Made by a program: the position numbers and the translations under genes. This document shows, piece after piece, positions 1 through 14,851 of a stretch of DNA of 64,000 nucleotides (its first letter is position 1; each line of letters begins with the position of its first letter). The DNA comes from Bugula neritina (taxonomy: Eukaryota; Animalia; Bryozoa): NCBI GenBank assembly GCA_964035545.1, contig OZ037766.1:31300773-31364772 (forward strand). Direction: 5' to 3'. Under the pieces are notes generated by a model. It saw nothing but the letters and a program-made list of their open reading frames with translations, was not told where the DNA came from and did no database searches.

Positions 1-2982
1 GTGCTTCAACAGCAGGCAGAGAGACAGACGCTAGGGAGAGAGAGGATTACTCCACTCTGTCTTGCTCTAATAGCGGGAATAACACTATTCATATTATGGC
101 AGACTGAAAGCACCACATTATGTTCTATATCGCAAATTTTATTCAATATAATGTAATACCTAAAATGCTTTATTATAATTATGCATTTCTAATGTCTTTT
201 ATAGTAAAATTTGCTATTTGCATACGTACACTTGATATTCCCATCACATTCTACTTGTTGCATTAAGTACCTGAGTTTATGCTTTTAATATTTAATTTAG
301 AAAATGTATATAATGCTGTTTAATTCACTCAATCATAAAAATTGTTTTGCATTTACTTATATTTGCATTTTAATAACACGTACAATAAAAATCTTTATTA
401 TATTTTACATTTCAATAATTTTAAACCATATCATATAATAACAGATATAGTGCAGCATCTAATTTGGAAATGAGAATAGAATACAAAAACATGTATAAAA
501 AAGAAGTAATGTAACTTATAAGCTAAAGTAATTTTTGCACAAAGTTAACTAAGTAAGCACTTTTAAAAGTAGAACTCATGCACTTTAGCAATCTCTATTT
601 GGCCGAGACAAAACCTTTTGCTTGCTTTTACTGAATAATTTGCAAATTTCAGAAATGAATGCATAACTTTGTTAGCGAGTTGCATACTTTTTAATCATTC
701 TATGAAAACACCTTATTGCATGGTGAGATTTAACAGATTTGAGGAGAAGTTTTTTTACTTTGTTGACAAGTTTATTTTAAGTGTTGAAATAAAGTTTTAT
801 TGTTTTTAAAACATCTAAAATATTACACATATATTTATTTTTGTCATTTAAAAAACCACAAACTGTAAAAACTCAACCGTCATCATTCAAAAAAAATTTC
901 ATTTGCTCCTAATTAAAATTTTGCATCAAGTGCGTGTCCACATAATTGCTGACTATGTGACACCTTACAATTAAAGTAACTTTATATGTTATTATGTATG
1001 AATGGCACTAAAGACTCAATAGTATTGTGTTTGATATTTGTCCATATAAAATATTAGATTAGCAACTTTTTAGCAAAGTCTTTTCCAGTATTGTCTTTTG
1101 CCAATAGTAAAATTTATTTTCCAGAAAAAAGTATATTTTACTAGTCACCTGTATTGTCAAAACAAATCATTTGAGAGGGTTTTCTTCTTAATGATTCTGA
1201 ATGGGCAGACAATTACCATCATACATGCTCATGCCCTATTTACACTCGTAGAGTGTTGTACAGTGCTCCTTTCGTATCCCACTAAGCTGGGGTCTCAAAA
1301 CCTCAATTCGTGACAAAGTAAAATACCAGATTTCACTAACAGAGCCATCAATACATTTGGCCCTTCTGTCCCCATAATATACACACATACATGCATAAGC
1401 CACAAAACAAGGGTTCAAGCCTTTTTCGTTATAACCTGTGGAATATCGTGAGATTGAAACTGTGAGATATGGAGAAAGTAGTCCACTATGTATATTATCT
1501 AGCTATTAGTAGTACAGGTAGTATAACTAAATACTAGCTGATAAAATGTAAATAGTGCTAAGATAACGCAGTTGAGTCAAATAAGTTGTCAACTCTATCA
1601 ATTTTTATCTTTTCTAAAATAGGGATATGTAGAAGACGTTAGAGCACCAAGACCAAAGCACACATAAGGCAATGCATTGGACTGTTTATATAGAAACACA
1701 GCGAATAGTTATGAGAAAATCTCTGAAATTATTGAATTTTCTGTTCAACTACTTCGAAAAAGCTATGAACTGTATGAAACATATAAGCACAGCTATGCCA
1801 GTAGATCAGGATGTAGATGTGGGGTAAAGTGAACAACTAGTTTAGAATAAGGACTACATAAGTCCAAACATGCATATATTAAATTTTACGGCTCAGCATT
1901 TTTTAGCTGGAAGCTAATTTATTAAAAATACTGTATTGGTAGTTTAATTTTGGAGTTGTGTCATTTTTTTTACAATTGATTGCAGTAAAACTTGAGCTTC
2001 AAATTTCAGGCTTAAACTTGCGCTATGCTATAGTTTCTTAGCTATAGTAGCGATGATAGTTTTATTCAACTTTAAATTTGAAGTAAGTCAACATAAAATT
2101 GAGAAATATTTGTATAAGTGTATTTTAAGGGGTTTTATAATATTCAAAGAGTAAATCTAAATTACCTAAAAATTGTATTTAATCACCTCTCTTACGACAT
2201 CCGCTTAAACCAATGTGATAACCGAAACAAATTGAATGAATTTTAATGAGACATTTGGTTAACATATATATGGTATGTTTTACATTTTGTGGATATAATA
2301 TGTAATATGCTTATATATTTATTGCTTATATATTTATTGCTTGCATGGTTACTCAGCTTCTAAAATTTGTGCTTAAATTGCTGTTATAGTTCTACAAACA
2401 TTGCAGATTGAGGAAAATACTGTTAGTATTTGCTTCATTGAGTATATTGAAAACTATTGAATTTGCAAATTAATAGGAATTATTTGATTTCAATTAATAT
2501 TTGGTATCAGAAAGTCAAGGTACGCATGAATTATGTTTTGTGGGTTTGCTTTCGAATTATTGTCATTATTTAATACTTAAATTGTATTCTGAAAACATAT
2601 ATAGTTTTGTTACTTATACTAGTCACACAATTAATGTGACGAATGCTATCACAGGACTATCTATATTGACAGCTTAGTAGAACTACTCTACGCAAGCAGA
2701 AGTTGGCCAGTAAAAAGTTAGATTGGTGATACAGAAGCACTGCATGAACTGGATATTTCTTCAACCACACTAGCAAAGAAACCGACTTATACAGTTAGTA
2801 ATTTAACCCTTACAGCTGAGGGGTATACTCATTTAATAAACTGCACAATCAAATGATAGACATTACATCCGTAGTTTTGATTTATATGGTATACTATTAT
2901 ACATACTGCAAGCTACAAGGTGTTCTATATTATTGAAGATGCATTTTTTCCTTATAAACCGCTAGTGTCTCGTGTTGTCATA

Positions 2983-3515
<533 letters not shown>

Positions 3516-3643
3516 CAAAATTTTAACACTTGCTTTAGAAAATCATAGTCAAAAATTTGATGTTTTGTTTATTATATAATGATTCACCTGCAGCCTTATT
3601 GTCCATCATTGTCTTTTAGACATATCAGCCATAAATATTGAGA

Positions 3644-6600
3644 ATGTCATTTAATCGAAATTTAATCTTCGACTTCCTGATAAAGATTCTACTGAGCTTC
3701 CATTTCTACTTATTCACTGATGGCTCTGAAAAAGACAGCGAGATGGAGAACACTGCAAGCAAACCGAATGTGGTAAGACTGTAAAATAGTTGCTCCTGTT
3801 GAAATTTGAACCCCATATACCTATGGCTTGCACGCTACAGTACTAACCATTGCACCACAGGGGCTACTGGAGCATTTCAACAAACAACAAATTGAAAACT
3901 GTAAAAATTTCTCGGTTATAAAAATTTTATATTATATTTTATAGAGTTAATTAGAACCACTTTTAACAGCTAGTATACAATATATAGAAATCACCTATTA
4001 TAAGCAGTATGAGACCAAGTAATAGACCTAATTGAGCATGAATAATGAGAGTATATAAAAGTCATTTACTTTTACAGCAGAAGGCTGGGACCAAACAAGA
4101 TAAGAGGAAAATTATTAGCTCAAAATTACAGGTTATATCAAAAGATGAACTTGACTTAGATGATTGCAAAGTAATGAAACTGACTAACTCGAAATATTTC
4201 AAGCAAAGTTTTGCTATCCAGCTAGAACAGTGATGTACTCAATAAAGTCAAAACAGAATATTTGAAGTTGTACTGGTGAAACATTTTATATCCGAATAAC
4301 CTTTGATTGGCTAGTATAATAATACTAGTAAACTGTATAGTACAGTTACTAGTCTAACTAGTGCTATCTCGCTATTCAAACAAGGGCTGATGCTTTATTT
4401 GTAAAATGTCAGTGAATTATTAACTATATTAACGCTTGAATAATCCTTACTCAGTTTGTCAAATGAAAACTCACAGAAACATAAATTTGCATAATTTAAA
4501 AGTATTTCTCAAAAAGAAATGGCACTGTAAGCTTGATTAATGTAAAGGAATGTGTTTATTTTTGTTTCTAATATTTTTTCAGGATGCGGTTGATTCAGGT
4601 GGAGAGATAAGTGACCCTAGAACAGCCGCTGGCACAGAATCAAGTAGTCAGTTTCCAAGTAATAGCCTGTTGTATTGTCAATATACATTTTGCTATTATC
4701 TAGTATTATAAGTCATGTGATCCACATGTTGAATGCATCACGTGCTAGAGTTATATAAGAGTTTTAGTAGTAAATCTTATTGTGATAAACCTAGATTTAT
4801 CTATTTGTACCATGATTATGCTTACACCAGTTGTATATTTGTAAGATAATCAATAATGGATAATAATATATATTCAAAATTTCATTTTAGGCAAAAGGAC
4901 ATGGCCTACACGAAGTCAGCCTTTTTGGAAGATTTGGTGGCAGCAATGGAGAGAGCTTCTAAATCAAATGCGTCCTAGTCAACTTTGGGTATAGAAAATT
5001 GTTAACAGTTACAGTTTAGCATATTAATTTTGGCTAAAAATAACAATGCTGCACTATATTGTATGAGCTAGCAGAAATTACATAAACTTTGACCAAAACA
5101 TAAATCCTTATAACCATAGCCTTTTTTTTTCCTTTATAAAACCACAAAAGTGGAAAAATTAGAAAATAATCTGTCAAAAAAAGTCTGCTATTTGATTAGT
5201 GAATACGTATAAAGTTTAAATATAGTTGCTTTTTCTGCAGATTTTATTTGCAAATTTTTTATATAGGTAAGGTGTTTTATTAAGAAAAATAGTCTTTAAT
5301 AAAAATGATTTATCATACAAATATGCATATTTCTTTAATATTTTGATTTAAATACTTTTCATAAAAGTGATGACCACATGCTATTAATAATTGACATCAT
5401 TTGCAAAATTGCTCAATGACTCTAAGCATAATTAAAAGCATAAGAACTTGCTAATGCATATTGCCATGCAGTTGGTTTTCAAATAGTTCAAAATATATAC
5501 ATCAGTTTTCTAAACATTTTGTTTTCAGTCAGCAATTATAGTCACTCTATCATTCCAACTGGTGAACAAGCAAAGACATGCTACAGAACTGTTCATGAAA
5601 AGAGCAATCTTCATCCTGCTAGCTGTTTTATTTTCATATAGAAGTCTTTGTTGGGTGCCGTGTAAAGATTGGGTAAGCTCTTTAGCGCTGCAACTAACGT
5701 TTGCTTTAAAACCACTACTTTAAGTTTACTGGTTTTAAATTAATTATAGTGTTGATAGTTGAATTGCTAATTTATTTTATTTTTTAGCTACCAGACGACA
5801 AAATGGACTACCAAACTGCAGGTACGTAAAATTTAAATGCTGCTAACTTTTACACAATGTTGTAATTGGAAACAGCATAAGCAAGCATTAATTTATATGA
5901 TGGTAACTAATTTTTACTAAAGGAAATAAAATTAACATGATAAGGAAATTTTTGCATAATAAAGATTACCTGCATGCATTCCTCAATCGAAATATATTGT
6001 GCTTTAGTTTTGTATTATATGCAAGTTTAATTTTTGAAAATAGTTTTTGTTTTTGCTGCAATGTTCAATGAAATTTCTACAAAATTCAAAAGAATTATAT
6101 GCAACACTTTAACTAAAGACAAGTTTGTCTCTTTGGGTAATAGTTGACCACTCTAATAGCTTATAATATTCTATAAACAGTAGCACAATATATCATTTTA
6201 TTTAATGTTAATTTATAAATAATTAACTCTGATTAATATTTTTTCCAGAAAAATCCATTGCGTTTTATTATAAGTTTGAAATTAAAATAAGCATTTAAAA
6301 GAAATATGTTAAAGTGTATTTTATACTGCAGTGTTACAACTTGCACTCAATAAAAAAGGAAAATGTCAGTCCAAAGATTATTGATTATAAATTCTACTAA
6401 AGTCTTTTTTATGAAATCAAAAATCTTTATATTCTAATCCTGTTTGCAGGAATAATGGCTAAAGACATTAATAAAACTGGTTTGTTTCAAGACCTTAATC
6501 TCTTGACACCTTCATCAACAAAAAGTTTTGACACAAAATGGAGGATGGATTTTGACAACATGATGTTCCCTGACAGAATGATTACTCTGTATCCTGTATC

Positions 6601-7637
6601 ACGTGATGAGCCTGCACTCCCTGTGAGTATAAAGAAAGCACCAGGTAACATTCAGCCATTGATGGTGCCATTTTTTTTGATCAGTATTGTTCTAAATGTA
6701 TAAATTATTGCAACCACAGATTCTTTATCATGTTTAGCTATAAACATAATGTAGCTATATATATATAAAATAATATTGTATTTTTAAAATATTAACCAAA
6801 TATATATATTAGGATTGTATATGCATTGTAAAAAGTTAAGTTGCCAAAACTGACTCACAGCTTCAGGTTTCCTCTAAACCATTGGTAATTTGAACTACCC
6901 ATATTTATTAGATAGAAATTAAATAAAATTGTCATTATAGAAAAAAATTAATTCGTTCTATCATTTTGCTATTTTAAAAGATCTAATAAATACTATCTTC
7001 AAGTATACGTATGCTTAATAAAAAACACTGTTTTTGCCAATTTTAGAATAGTGTAAACAAATCGAAAAGACAGGCTTCAGGGCAAAGCTCAAATCAAAGA
7101 TCTTCAGTGCCAGCTTGTTCTCAGGGGGCTGTAGGGGGTACTGCTTCTCAAGATGCTGCTGGGTCTACCATTGCTCAAGGTGCTGCTGGGTCCAACTCAG
7201 CTGAAGAACCAGATACAAACTTTGCACCTGCCCAGCAGCCAGAAGAAACCTCTGATGATGAGGACATTTTGGAGACTAGAGTGGTTGGCTCCCCAGAAGA
7301 TCAGCCATCAGAGAACCTACTGGACACCCCTGAAGAAGGGCAGAGTTTACTACAAGACTTGCAAGCAGGTAAAATAAAGTACCATATATGATATCCTAGA
7401 CATTTGTTTGCACTGTTAAGTCTTTTATGCAACTCTTGAGCTAGCTTTTTAAGTTTCTGCTTTTCTCAAGCTGTTCTACAATGTTTATGTTATATCGTTA
7501 AAGCTTGAGAAATGACCACAGTATAATGTGACAATCATGATAATTAATAAACAATTGTAGAAGGTGGTCCTATCTCCCTGGTAGACCCTGAAGGAGAAGC
7601 AGACCTTTCTGAACTAGGAATTAACCCTGCTAATTAG
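3644..7637 (+). CDS. Orphan multi-exon protein A: hydrophobic N-terminus, central hydrophobic segments, acidic C-terminal tail; paralogue of the gene at 14852-25194
   Basis: Phase-compatible GT-AG exons: 3644-3772 (MSFNRNLIFDFLIKILLSF..), 4583-~4658 (donor ambiguous: 4643/4646/4658, all phase 1), 4891-4988, 5529-5672, 5788-5821, 6450-6622, 7047-7368, 7561-7637 (EGGPISLVDPEGEADLSELGINPAN*). Exon-by-exon similarity to the second copy supports coding status. Confidence 0.75.
3791..3864 (-). mobile_element. Degenerate tRNA-derived SINE head (same family as 10780-11100 and 33300-33630)
   Basis: Reverse strand reads GTGGTGCAATGGTTAG (A box)...TGCAAG...GGTTCAAAT (B box); acceptor stem does not pair well. 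Confidence 0.55.
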
Positions 7638-10259
7638 CTGAAGTAGCCAATGGAAAACTCCCATAATGTGTTTATATTAAAAAATAGGTTTTTGCATTGG
7701 CAAAATTTGATCAAGTTAGTACGCCTTTGCAAAATTGGTTTATACTATTGTTTTATCAATTTAAATGTTAGTTGGCACATAAAAACCTTGATGTACCATT
7801 TGCAAATTTTTTGTGCATTTAAAAACATTACTGTAAGAGTGGTAAAAAAGCCAATTAAAAGACTAATCTTTTATAGATTTATTTTTTAATATAAATTAAT
7901 AATAATATTTGTAATTTTACAATGCCAATTTCACATTGTAAATAACTAGCAATCAGTCCAAAATTTTGATATCAAAGAAAACATGAAGCTTTAAAAATGA
8001 ATGTTATCTTTGTGATCTTCATGAACTAATTAACTTTGTAGTTTGAATTTTAATTTAAGATGATCATATACTAATCAAATCATGACTTTAATTTAATTCC
8101 ATAATTTCAAAAATATTTTCACTAGGTTTGCTTTGATAGGTAATGCCAACAAAATGTGTTTTTAAACATTGTACTTCTGGTGCTTTGGCATTTTAATGCT
8201 GATGTGCAGTTACTACTTATTTTATTTATATAATTATATATTTATTTATTTATTTATATAATAATAAAAGCAATAATATACCGTAATCAAATATAGTTTA
8301 ATAAAATACCTAGTCCAATTGCTTACCAATATTAGTTCTAAACATGGAAATCTTGATAGACTGAGAAGTACTTTGCACCAGGTGGTTGTTTACCATTGTG
8401 ATTTACTATTACATTGCTACCATGTTGGCTAGTAGTTAGTTATCTGTTAGCCATAGGTGCCCTCCATTTTTGGATTCAGATTTGCATTGTCCAGGAGGCG
8501 TATTGGGTACAGCATAGAGCCTAAAACAGCAATATGTGGTTACAGGCCATTATATATCCCATTCCTAATATAAGATGAATTATGAAATGTAAATTTTAAC
8601 CTCATGTTATAAATCACGTGGACAAAAAGTAGATCACATATTGACAGCTTCATTGTTGTCTTAACTTCAGATATAGTGTAAAGTGTTAAATCCACCAGTG
8701 TGGATAGGAAAGTAAGCACAGGGGGATAATATCTATATAAAAAGTTAAACAAGTCATTACCTTTTCTACTTTTAGCTCTTTAATTCTAATTGACCAAATT
8801 TTGTGATGTATGGTCTAAAACTATGACGGAAATTGGTCTGCTTGTTGATTATAGTTTTTAGTAGCCTACACATAAAACACTTAAATTTCTAATGCCAACT
8901 CAAAAACTGACATAACCAAAGTCAAATACTAAACTCTACAGTCTGGATATTTGACAAAGAGTGGGGCCGTGGTAGCTATTACATGATTGTAGGCATTGGC
9001 AACACAATACTGAAGCAACTTACCAAGCTCCTCACATATGAATGCATACCAACTAAGAGCAGAGGGCTTTTTGAAGTAAGCAAAGTCCCGATTTGCATTT
9101 TCTGTTTATTATTTCGCCTACTCTCTAAGTACTAGTATGTGCTGGAGATTTTTGCTGCTTTGTTTTAAGGGTGGAAGAATACCTACTGCACTGCTGCTAC
9201 TACTTTGCTGCTCTAAGTCATTTATGTTGATCTTAAAATTAGTGAAGGAATACTGTTGACTTATAAGTCACGTGTCCAGATGCTAATTGGCTAGTGAGCA
9301 CATGGCCCTACGCTTCACTGCCCACTAAAATATTAAAGTAATGTTTTGCAGTCAACTGTGTTTGATGACCACATTCTCTTATTGCTGGCCACTTTAGTTG
9401 ACCAGATTCTGGTAAGAAACTGTATTGCACTATTACCTGGATTACAGTATGTATATGTATGCTTAATATTATACTGAATAACATTCTAGATCACCAATCA
9501 TTGGAGGCTGAAAATTTGATTAACAGTATATTATTCTCTTAAAATTGTTTAGCTGATAGACTATAAGTGAAAGAACTCTTAACAAAGATTCTTCCTAGTA
9601 ACTAAAAAGCCATTATTTGAGCTTATAGTAACAGCTGTTTGGTGTGGAAGCTTACTTGTTGCAGTATATTATTTTATTATTGAAAATGTAATTTTTCGTA
9701 AATTGTTATATATTTACCAAGAATTTCGGTTCTGCTACCTCTTAGCAATTCTTTTATAAGGATAGGTTATTAACTTTACGACTGTTGAAGAATCTATATA
9801 TACAATTACATGCAAAAGAGGTGCTGAGGGTTTTCATTTATATTGAAAGTTATATACTGTTGTAATATACTATCACTATGTAAGCGATAATTAACTATCA
9901 GTAAGGCATAATTAAAATAGTAGTACTTCACTTCATGTTCATTGCTTCGCACATGGATCGTAAAGACGAATGTATAAATGGATTGTGGTTGCCATTTGCA
10001 TTAACATATGATTGTGGGTTTATTTGATGCAAATTCTCTCAAACATTAAATGAAAAATCAACTGCATACACAGAGAGAAATATTAGTGTTAGAGTGAACA
10101 TTAGCTGACAACTAAAACAGCTCGTTTTTTGGATCCCTAAATTGACCAGCAGTGAATAGAAATTAGTGTCAGGTACTGTTCACAGTGAATAGTATGTTAG
10201 ATCAATGTTGATATAAAGAGTTGTGAAGTTGATTCTTTGTATTTATCACAATGAGCCAA

Positions 10260-10470
10260 GTTATGTTCAATGGTGATATTATATATGTTCAATGGTGATC
10301 TTATTTATGCTCAGTAGTGATATTATATATGTTCAATGGTGATCTTATTTATGCTCAATAGTGATATTATATATGTTTAATGATGATCTTATTTCTGTTC
10401 AATGATGATCTTAGATATGCTCAATGCTGAACTAAGTTATATTCAAAGCTGAACTTATAAATGTTCCATG
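10260..10470. repeat. Degenerate 20-bp tandem repeat
   Basis: TATGTTCAATGGTGATATTA-like unit repeated about 10 times. Confidence 0.85.
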
Positions 10471-10779
10471 CTGCTCTAATTTTTGTTGGAAATAAGCTTC
10501 TGCAAAAATTATTACTGATCACTCTGAACTAACTTGTCATAACTTCTAACCAGTATGAGAGTATAGTAATGTGGATTTTATTGTATATGATAGTTGAATA
10601 TAAGAAATGCAACAAAAAATAACTTCTAAAGATTAAAATAAGAAAAAAAACATGAAAATAAACATTTGCTGAATTTTTCTACGACTGTAAATTCAGTTAA
10701 CTTTTCTCAATATTAGCAGAACCTGCTAAGACCATAGTGTGTGTCATTAAATTCTTGCTCTGTAGTGTAGCGATAACCA

Positions 10780-11100
10780 AGCAGTTGTGGTGTGTAATGG
10801 TTAGCACACCTGTGTGCAAGTCTGAGGTCTGTGATGGTAACCCAAGTACGGGAGGGGGGGAGGAGGAAGTTTTATAACTAATTCCAGCTGTTAGTAAAGT
10901 GCGGTAGTACTCCGAGAAGAGTTGAGTGGTCAGGGAAGCTTGAAGGAGTAGTATAAAAAAGGCAGCTGAGTTCTTGAAAAGTGGGTAAGGTGTAGTGTCG
11001 AGGGCACCTAGTGACGCTTGTAATGTAGTGGTGAGTGCGCCTGCTTGCAGGCTGAAAGTCTCAGCATGATTCAAAGTTTTGTAGCGGTCAAATTCTTTTT
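10780..11100 (+). mobile_element. Dimeric tRNA-related repeat (two tRNA-like heads with ~150-bp spacer), diverged copy
   Basis: Heads at ~10785 (GTGTAATGGTTAGCACAC..TGCAAG) and ~11012 (TGTAGTGGTGAG..TTGCAGG..GATTCAAAG); spacer GTAGTACTCCGAGAAGAGTTGAGTGGTCAGGGAAGC matches the reverse complement of 33372-33522. Confidence 0.65.
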
Positions 11101-14100
11101 TGTGCTCCTATTCAGCATTCTTAAAAAATGTTATGGGATCTACAACAAAAGATAAAAGTTGAGTAATATTTAAACTGTATTAGTATGAGCAGTATACATT
11201 TGGCTAAGATATACAATCACAAGCAGTGTAAATAAATTAAGTTCAACTTTGAAGAAGCTAAAGTCTAAGGCCAAAACTAATAGTATCAATGATGTTAGCT
11301 ATGAATCTTTCAGCATATTTTCAGCGCCACCATACCAATTGTTTGACTCTGAATAACCATACAGGCTTTGGCAAACTTATGATCATTATGTTGCGTAGTG
11401 TTTGGGTTAGTTTGAGCTTATCAAAATTTAGTAACAATTTTGGCCATCATTTTATTTTACTTCTTTCTTAATTACAAATGCAAGAGCTGTTGGGCATAAT
11501 TAGTTTAGTTAATAGAAGCTTCTCTGCATTAAAATTATCTCAAAATGTCAGTGAACCACAATTTAGGCTAGAGTCAGCATTTTATATAGACCCCTCATAT
11601 CGAGATAACAGATATTGATAAGTTTCAGTATGTCTATAAATTGAAAAACAAATAAAGTACTACCAAGAAAAATATTGCTACTTAAACATGTTTTTATATT
11701 TAATTGTACTGTGCAAAGATAAATAAAAGAATAAACTGGTAGCACGAAAGTTAATAAAAAATTTTGCCAACTTTGCCAACTCACCACTAATATTGGCATT
11801 TTGGTACTTAGCTATAAAACAAGAAGCTAGCTTGGCAGCTGCTTAAGGCTAATAACTACTTGTAGGCTGCTAAACTGCATTATTAACAATACTTCTACAA
11901 TGGGGGGGGGATTCAAATTAATGAATTTAGCACAAATTGCTAGAAGGTGGAGTGGAAATAAAACGCTAATTTTTTTGAAAATAGATTGTTACAGGAAAAC
12001 TCGTATCAAATTGATATAGGAATAGATTAGTTTGGGAAATACCAATCAATGTGATCTCTTAAAAGTTATAGTTGCACAAATTCAATTATCTGTCTACAGC
12101 AATAGTCATACTGTCATTGTGATATCAAATGACAACGTTAAGCAAATGATTGAGCTTACCTTTTGCTGCAATGACAACTTCAGTTCCTGACTCTGAAAGA
12201 AAGTGATAATCTTCTATCTCTGAGAGGTAGCTGCAATCTTTACCCATGTGATGAAATGATTCAATGTTTTCCATGTTGTGAGGTTGTTTGGAAGCACAAA
12301 TTCACTGAATCTCAAAGCACAACCTCTTAGTCTGAGCTTCTGGTGTTCACTATGCCAGCAGAATATTTCTTCTGTCAATAGCCGTGAATGAAAACTATGT
12401 GCTGTTATGTAATAACCTTTGTTTTGCTCTTTCGATGCTTGCTAAGCCAGTTTCTTGCCTTTGAATTACAATTTAAATATTTCCTTACTATAGCTCTGTT
12501 ATGCAACATCTTCTTTTGTTCCACCAGGTAGTTTACACAAGTTTACACAAGGCTTTTGAAGTGGTTCACCTGATCAGCAATTGACTATTCAGTAGCTTGT
12601 TTCATTGTTAATTTTAAGCTTCTTGTTTGAAACACATTTGCTGATAACTGAGTACATTGGAGTTTAATGGTGCATCTCTCTGATCTCTCTTTTACACACA
12701 TTTTAAATTACTTGGCTTTCCTTTCCATGAATGAAATTGACTAGTGAAGCTTAAACTACCCATGCAAGAGATATGTGCAGTTGAAATTTTTTGTTGATAA
12801 ATTCAACTTAAGTCTTTGATAACAAGCTATTTGAAAATGTCTTGGGTTCAAAAAATTTTCGAAATCATAAACAGCTAGTAGGTTGAAGGAGTTTCATTCC
12901 ACTTATATGCTCCCCAGTTAGGTTGTATTTTTTGTTTTGGTACTAAGTATTATATACCTATATACCCTTATATAACTTTCATATCAATTGCTAAACATAA
13001 AATAACCATTAATAGGATATATTTGCAATAATATTTAAATTTTCCCATATTTGTGTTGAAAAAAAGAATTAAATGCATTAATAATAACATTTTTTCAAAA
13101 AACAAAAAATATAGAAAATGTAAAATTAATAGGTTTATGCAGAGCAAAGAAATTTATTTGTGTGCCAATTATAAAAAGCAATTGACTCAAATTTATTTAA
13201 ATACACATATATTTCAATAGTATTCAAATAAATTGCACGTAAATGTATAAATAGCATTTAACTGGGAAGCACCAATTGAAATGACCCAAATGTAGGGTTC
13301 AACTCTATCCTAGCTTCCTATAAAGGTTTGTGATCATCATTAGTGCACATGTGAATAATGTTGTTAGATGAACAACTGCCAATTGTTCCATAACTCTTAT
13401 GTAAATAAAATTTTGCTTGAACATACGTAGTTGTAGCATTGATCTCACTTTCTGCTCCTATCAACTACTGTTTAGCTTCATTCAGACCTAGGGATGATGA
13501 TTACGTAATACTTGTGAAAAGTAGCGTTGACTTAACAACTAAGTGGTTTCAGAGCTACTACAAAATATTTTTCAGTTTACACTAATCGGATTAATTTTCA
13601 ATTTCATCAAAATAAGTGCAGGTCTAACAACTATTAGAGGTGTGGTGCAGGCTATACCGACAATAAAAGGCTCTTTGAACAACTTTAGTGCATGCGCTGC
13701 ACTAATATTTCTCTCTGTGTAGTGTGATGCAATGGAAACAGCAGATAAATTTATTTAACTAAGCAAAACTTTGACCGTAACATCGATTGCTATCCATACA
13801 ACACGATACAATGCTAGTCAGTGCAAAATAATGAAAGTCGGTGATAAAGCAATAACTTAAAGTATATTATTAGTTTGTGAAAATATTGCATTAAGTTATT
13901 AAAAAATAGATTGACGCTAAGTCTTGAACCTTCAAGTAAATTAAACATTAAACACGATCAACTATGTGTTTCTTAGGTTCCTTAGTTTAAAAATCAGGTC
14001 TTCTAATCAAAAAGTAAGTTACAGTTTATCAGACCAATATTCCAAAGACAACAATTTGATTTTATCAGTCAGTAAATCAAGAAGTTAGTACTGAAAATGG

Positions 14101-14851
14101 TTATAGAAACATATATATTAAATCACCAATAATGAGAAGGATGAAAGGAATATTGATGAGGCGTATCAATCAGTAAACTGTTCTCTGATAACTGTAATCT
14201 AGTCTCTTGATCTCTAAATACACTGTAATACATCTAACAGGCACTCTCGTTGACAGGTCAATTATATAACCAGCAGAATGATTTCTAACAAACTAGTTTA
14301 GTGTAGTGCAGAATTAGGGGATATTTCAGTTTGCAATATTTCAAACTCAAGTTTTTACGAATTAGCTTTCAGATCATTTGCTACTACCATAGCTCACTAA
14401 TGGCTCACCTTCACAGTAGAATGTAGACGATATGACATTATTGACACAAAGTATTGCATTGATAAATGTGGACTTTAAGCACCTATAAGATTAAAAGATG
14501 TTGGCAGTTGTTTCTTCTAGCTGAGCGTATACCACTGCGCAAGTGACAGTTAAATCAACTCATCTGAAGAACAGCTCATGCCCTGTGTGTTGTGTGTATT
14601 AATAGCAATGAGTTTCAACTTACAAGTAGTTTTTTTATATAAAACATGCCATAAAAATTTGTATGGCCTGACATTGCTTTTATCTTACCTACTGCTACTA
14701 AGCAGAGGGGTTTAACTAACAAGGAACTAAAGTATACTGAACAGGCGCACAGCAATTCGAATGATTTACTTTAGTTGTTGTGCTGACATATTGCTAGCTA
14801 AACCATATAGCTCAACATAATTTGTCTAAATTTTTGCAGATTCAGCTAAAA

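Noticed and set aside
1236-1436. Minus-strand Cys-containing open segment after a CAG acceptor (possible terminal exon)
   Set aside because: No upstream exons or recognisable homology could be established.
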